A stretch of 64,000 nucleotides of DNA from Podarcis erhardii (Eukaryota), in NCBI GenBank assembly GCA_964252035.1, contig OZ176206.1. One strand, 5' to 3'. Below are positions 62,578-64,000 of this stretch, piece after piece (position 1 is the stretch's first letter; every line of letters begins with the position of its first letter). Under the pieces are notes generated by a model. It was given only the letters and a program-made list of their open reading frames with translations, ran no database searches and had not been told where the DNA came from. The position numbers were made by a program, and so were the translations under genes.

Positions 62578-63334
62578 ATTAGCCCTGCAACCTAGCATGG
62601 GCAAGTTCACCTCTCTGGAGATGGGGATATTATTATATTTAATCAATTATTATGGGAAAGTTAATCTAAAGCAGAATGCAAACTGGTCTAGTGTAATCGT
62701 TTTCTCAGTGAACTGGGCCTGCAATGGCAAAAAAAGGAGGTTGGGTGGAATCTCTTGTGTTGATTGAGCACCCATTTCCAGCAGTGAACAGCCAAACTGA
62801 GCAGGACTTAATCTCCACTCACCAGCTGATTCAGGAAATGGTTTGCACTGCAACCTCCTGCTAAAACAGAGGCCTCCCCCCTGCCCTGTTTTAGCAGAAG
62901 TTTCTATGCAAACTTGCATACGATCCCCTGCTAAAACTACGGCAACCCTCTCTTTTTTAGCAGGGAGTTCTGAGACACACCCATTCCTGAATCAGGAAAG
63001 TGTGTGCATCAGAATCTCGTACTGAAACGGATGGATTTTTAAACCATCGTTTTAGCGGGGGATCTATAGTTACACCTGCTAGGATGAGAAAAGAAACCAT
63101 CTCTTTTGGAAGCACTTTGACATCCTGATTTTGGGACTTCAAAGTACCTTGCACATGACTTTGTTGTGCCATCATGTGATTGACAAGTTGGTGCTCCCAC
63201 CCCACCAAATTTGGCCTGTGAGGCTGATTTGGATAAGGATCTAGCCCATGGAGTCACAAAGGTTTCCCTTCCTCCCGCTAATAAAAAGGTTAAGGGATCT
63301 TTGCATTTTCCCCTCTCTGCATTTGTTTCACAGT

Positions 63335-63520
63335 GATATAGGAAGCTGCCTTGTACACAGTGTCTAGCTCAGTTGTCTACACTGACTGAGTGTGGCTCTC
63401 CAGGGTTTCAAAACGAGGACATTCCCGGCCATACCTGGCGATGCTACTGGGGAAGGTGTGTTGTGTTTGAATGTGGAACAGCTTCTGCATGCCAAGCAGC
63501 TGCTCTGCCACACAGCTACA
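63335..63520 (-). mobile_element. Degenerate tRNA-SINE, reverse orientation
   Basis: ataggaagctgccttgtac...tctagctcagt...ctctccagggtttca...ctgcatgccaagcag. Confidence 0.6.
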
Positions 63521-64000
63521 GTCTTTCCTCCTAAGAGAAACTTCCTGTTTAAAAGAAGACAATATTCTTACAAAAGGTCATATTTTACAGAAAGCTGTAA
63601 ACACTGAGTCAGTTTATAACTCTTTATGTGCTTTTTAAATATGTTGACGTATTTTATTCAGGGGCTCTGGTGGCACTCCCTGGCAAATAACATATAACTC
63701 GGCTCCATCAAACATTAGCAGGAATCTCTCTTAAGCCCTGGCACAGGACCTTCCCACCGGCTTGGCACAGAGGCTGCTCTTCTCCTGCTTCTTCCAGCAC
63801 TGCAAAGCAGCCCAGTCCAATCGCACTGCGTTCCTCTCCATTCCGACATTTCTGGCTCTCTAGAGTCACTTCTGGGCTGTTCTTCTGCCTCTCCTGGCCC
63901 TTTGATGGCAAGATAAAATTCCTGGGTAAACAGCCAAGGGCCTTGCATATCCTGTCTGGTGCTGGGTGAGATGAGGGCTGATTTGGGCCTGAGGGAAGAG

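Overview
Vertebrate genomic DNA, almost certainly a lacertid lizard (Sauria SINE, Squam3-like SINE, lacertid-type MITEs). The window is the conserved block orthologous to human 16q22. In order: [IST1 probably just off the left edge] - ZNF821 (+) - ATXN1L (-) - AP1G1 (+, with intronic SNORD71 and a 9-nt NEK microexon) - MARVELD3 (-) - TAT (+). All five genes were assembled by hand with splice phases that join into intact reading frames. Main observations: (1) ATXN1L has a junction-spanning uORF and a strong-Kozak 135-aa overlapping ORF in the same relative frame as Alt-ATXN1. (2) No PHLPP2 is visible between AP1G1 and MARVELD3, where it sits in human. (3) A candidate spliced antisense transcript starts just beyond the TAT 3' end. 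(4) An AP1G1 intron holds a circularly permuted copy of an AP1G1 exon fragment. (5) MARVELD3 exon 1 carries direct and inverted repeats and an out-of-frame motif. (6) Several nested or target-duplicated transposon insertions are present. Comparisons with human proteins and repeat families come from memory, not database searches. There are no CRISPR, rRNA or true tRNA genes.
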